NCBI GenBank assembly: GCA_964016885.1
Contig: OZ024740.1
Location: 175,336,001 to 175,400,000 of the forward strand
DNA from: Eledone cirrhosa
Taxonomy: Eukaryota
Reading direction: 5' to 3'
DNA length: 64,000 nucleotides
Position 1 is the first letter of the stretch. Each line of letters starts with the position of its first letter. Positions 62,960 to 64,000 of this stretch are shown here, piece after piece. The translations under genes were made by a program, and so were the position numbers. The notes beneath the pieces were generated by a model. The model did not search any database, was not told the origin of the DNA, and saw nothing but the letters and a program-made list of their open reading frames with translations.

Positions 62960-64000
62960 AAGGTTTAGTATGGTGATTAGGACGGAACAGGAGGAGAAAG
63001 GAAGAAAGGAGTTTCCATCGTCAGCTGTAAATGTATCCCGAACCGATGTTTCGGTGCTGAATTACAGGACATCGGTGTAGTTCGGGTGCGCCCGAGGCCT
63101 TTTATTAATCAAAAGGCCAGGTGGAAAAGGAGAGAAAAAGAGAGAGAAAAAGGGAGAGAGAAAATGAAAGAGAGGGAAAGGAGGAAGAACAGGGGGGGGA
63201 TGAGCAGAGAGGAAGAAGGGGAAAAATAGGAAAGCAATAAAAGAAAAAAGTGTGCAGATCCCATCGTGGGAAGACACAGGTGAAAGAAACATGCAAAAAA
63301 GTAACCGTGGAAAAATAGGGAAAGTAAGTTGTGGCCAACCTGGGAGACTTTAGCCTGGGGGTCAGCTACGACTCAGAGCTGGATTGATCGTCCTGCCTCT
63401 CACATAGACAGGAGAAAGTGAGAGAGAGACACGGGCAACCAAAAGTGAGGAGGAGAAGGGAGATAATCCAGAAGGGTTTTTTTTTTACGACGGTGGTAAA
63501 ACCGTGCTGCAAAGATTGCGGACAGAGAGGCCACCACGGCACGTGTGAGCATGTCAACAATCAAAACCGAACGGATGAATAGAGAGAGAGGGAGAGAGAA
63601 AATAAAACGAGAATGAGGAGGAGAAGGGAAGAGAGAAGGGAGGGTCGATGCGAACGTGTGGAGGGTACACAGATCGACCAAAGTAGGTAGGGGTCACAGC
63701 GGTAAATACAAAAAGTTATGAAACGAAAGGAGCTGTGTGGTTAATTTTTTGCATGTTTCTTTCACCTGTGTCTTCCCACGATGGGATCTGCACACTTTTT
63801 TCTTTTATTGCTTTCCTATTTTTCCCCTTCTTCCTCTCTTCTCATCTTGTTCCCCCTGTTCTTCCTCCTTTCCCTCTCATTTTCTCTCTCCCTTTTTTTC
63901 TCTCTTTCTCTCTCCTTTTCCACCTGGCCTTTTTGATTAATAAAAGGCCTCGGGCGCACCCGAACTACACCGATGTCCTGTACTTCAACGCCGAAACATC
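62960..64000 (-). mobile_element. Non-coding fold-back element (family Z), probably PLE-type; runs off the window end
   Basis: 63046-63300 is the reverse complement of 63745-64000; left end in (TA)n. Confidence 0.65.

Overview
AT-rich, microsatellite-dense eukaryotic DNA with no convincing intact host gene. The tRNA-derived SINEs look like octopus SINEs (recognised from memory, not searched), so the source is probably an octopus. The window is almost entirely nested mobile DNA. (1) Five Penelope-like retroelements (three with RT plus GIY-YIG and a Naiad-type CxCx5Cx4C linker, two with only the GIY-YIG end) and many non-coding PLE-type remnants, inserted in (TA)n tracts, often as fold-backs. 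Together they carry about 20 hammerhead ribozyme motifs from about 11 unrelated families, including U3-A8 core variants and long stem-II variants. (2) Non-autonomous Helitrons and a Rep remnant. (3) R4/Dong-like RLE LINEs and RTE-derived elements clustered in (TACA)n tracts. (4) About 12 SINE copies. The most striking structure is at 14997-18645: a tandem array of a ~325-bp hammerhead-containing unit in which two different Helitrons sit at exactly the same nucleotide of consecutive units. Most ORFs in the supplied track are microsatellite read-through artefacts. All alignments and RNA folds were done by eye.
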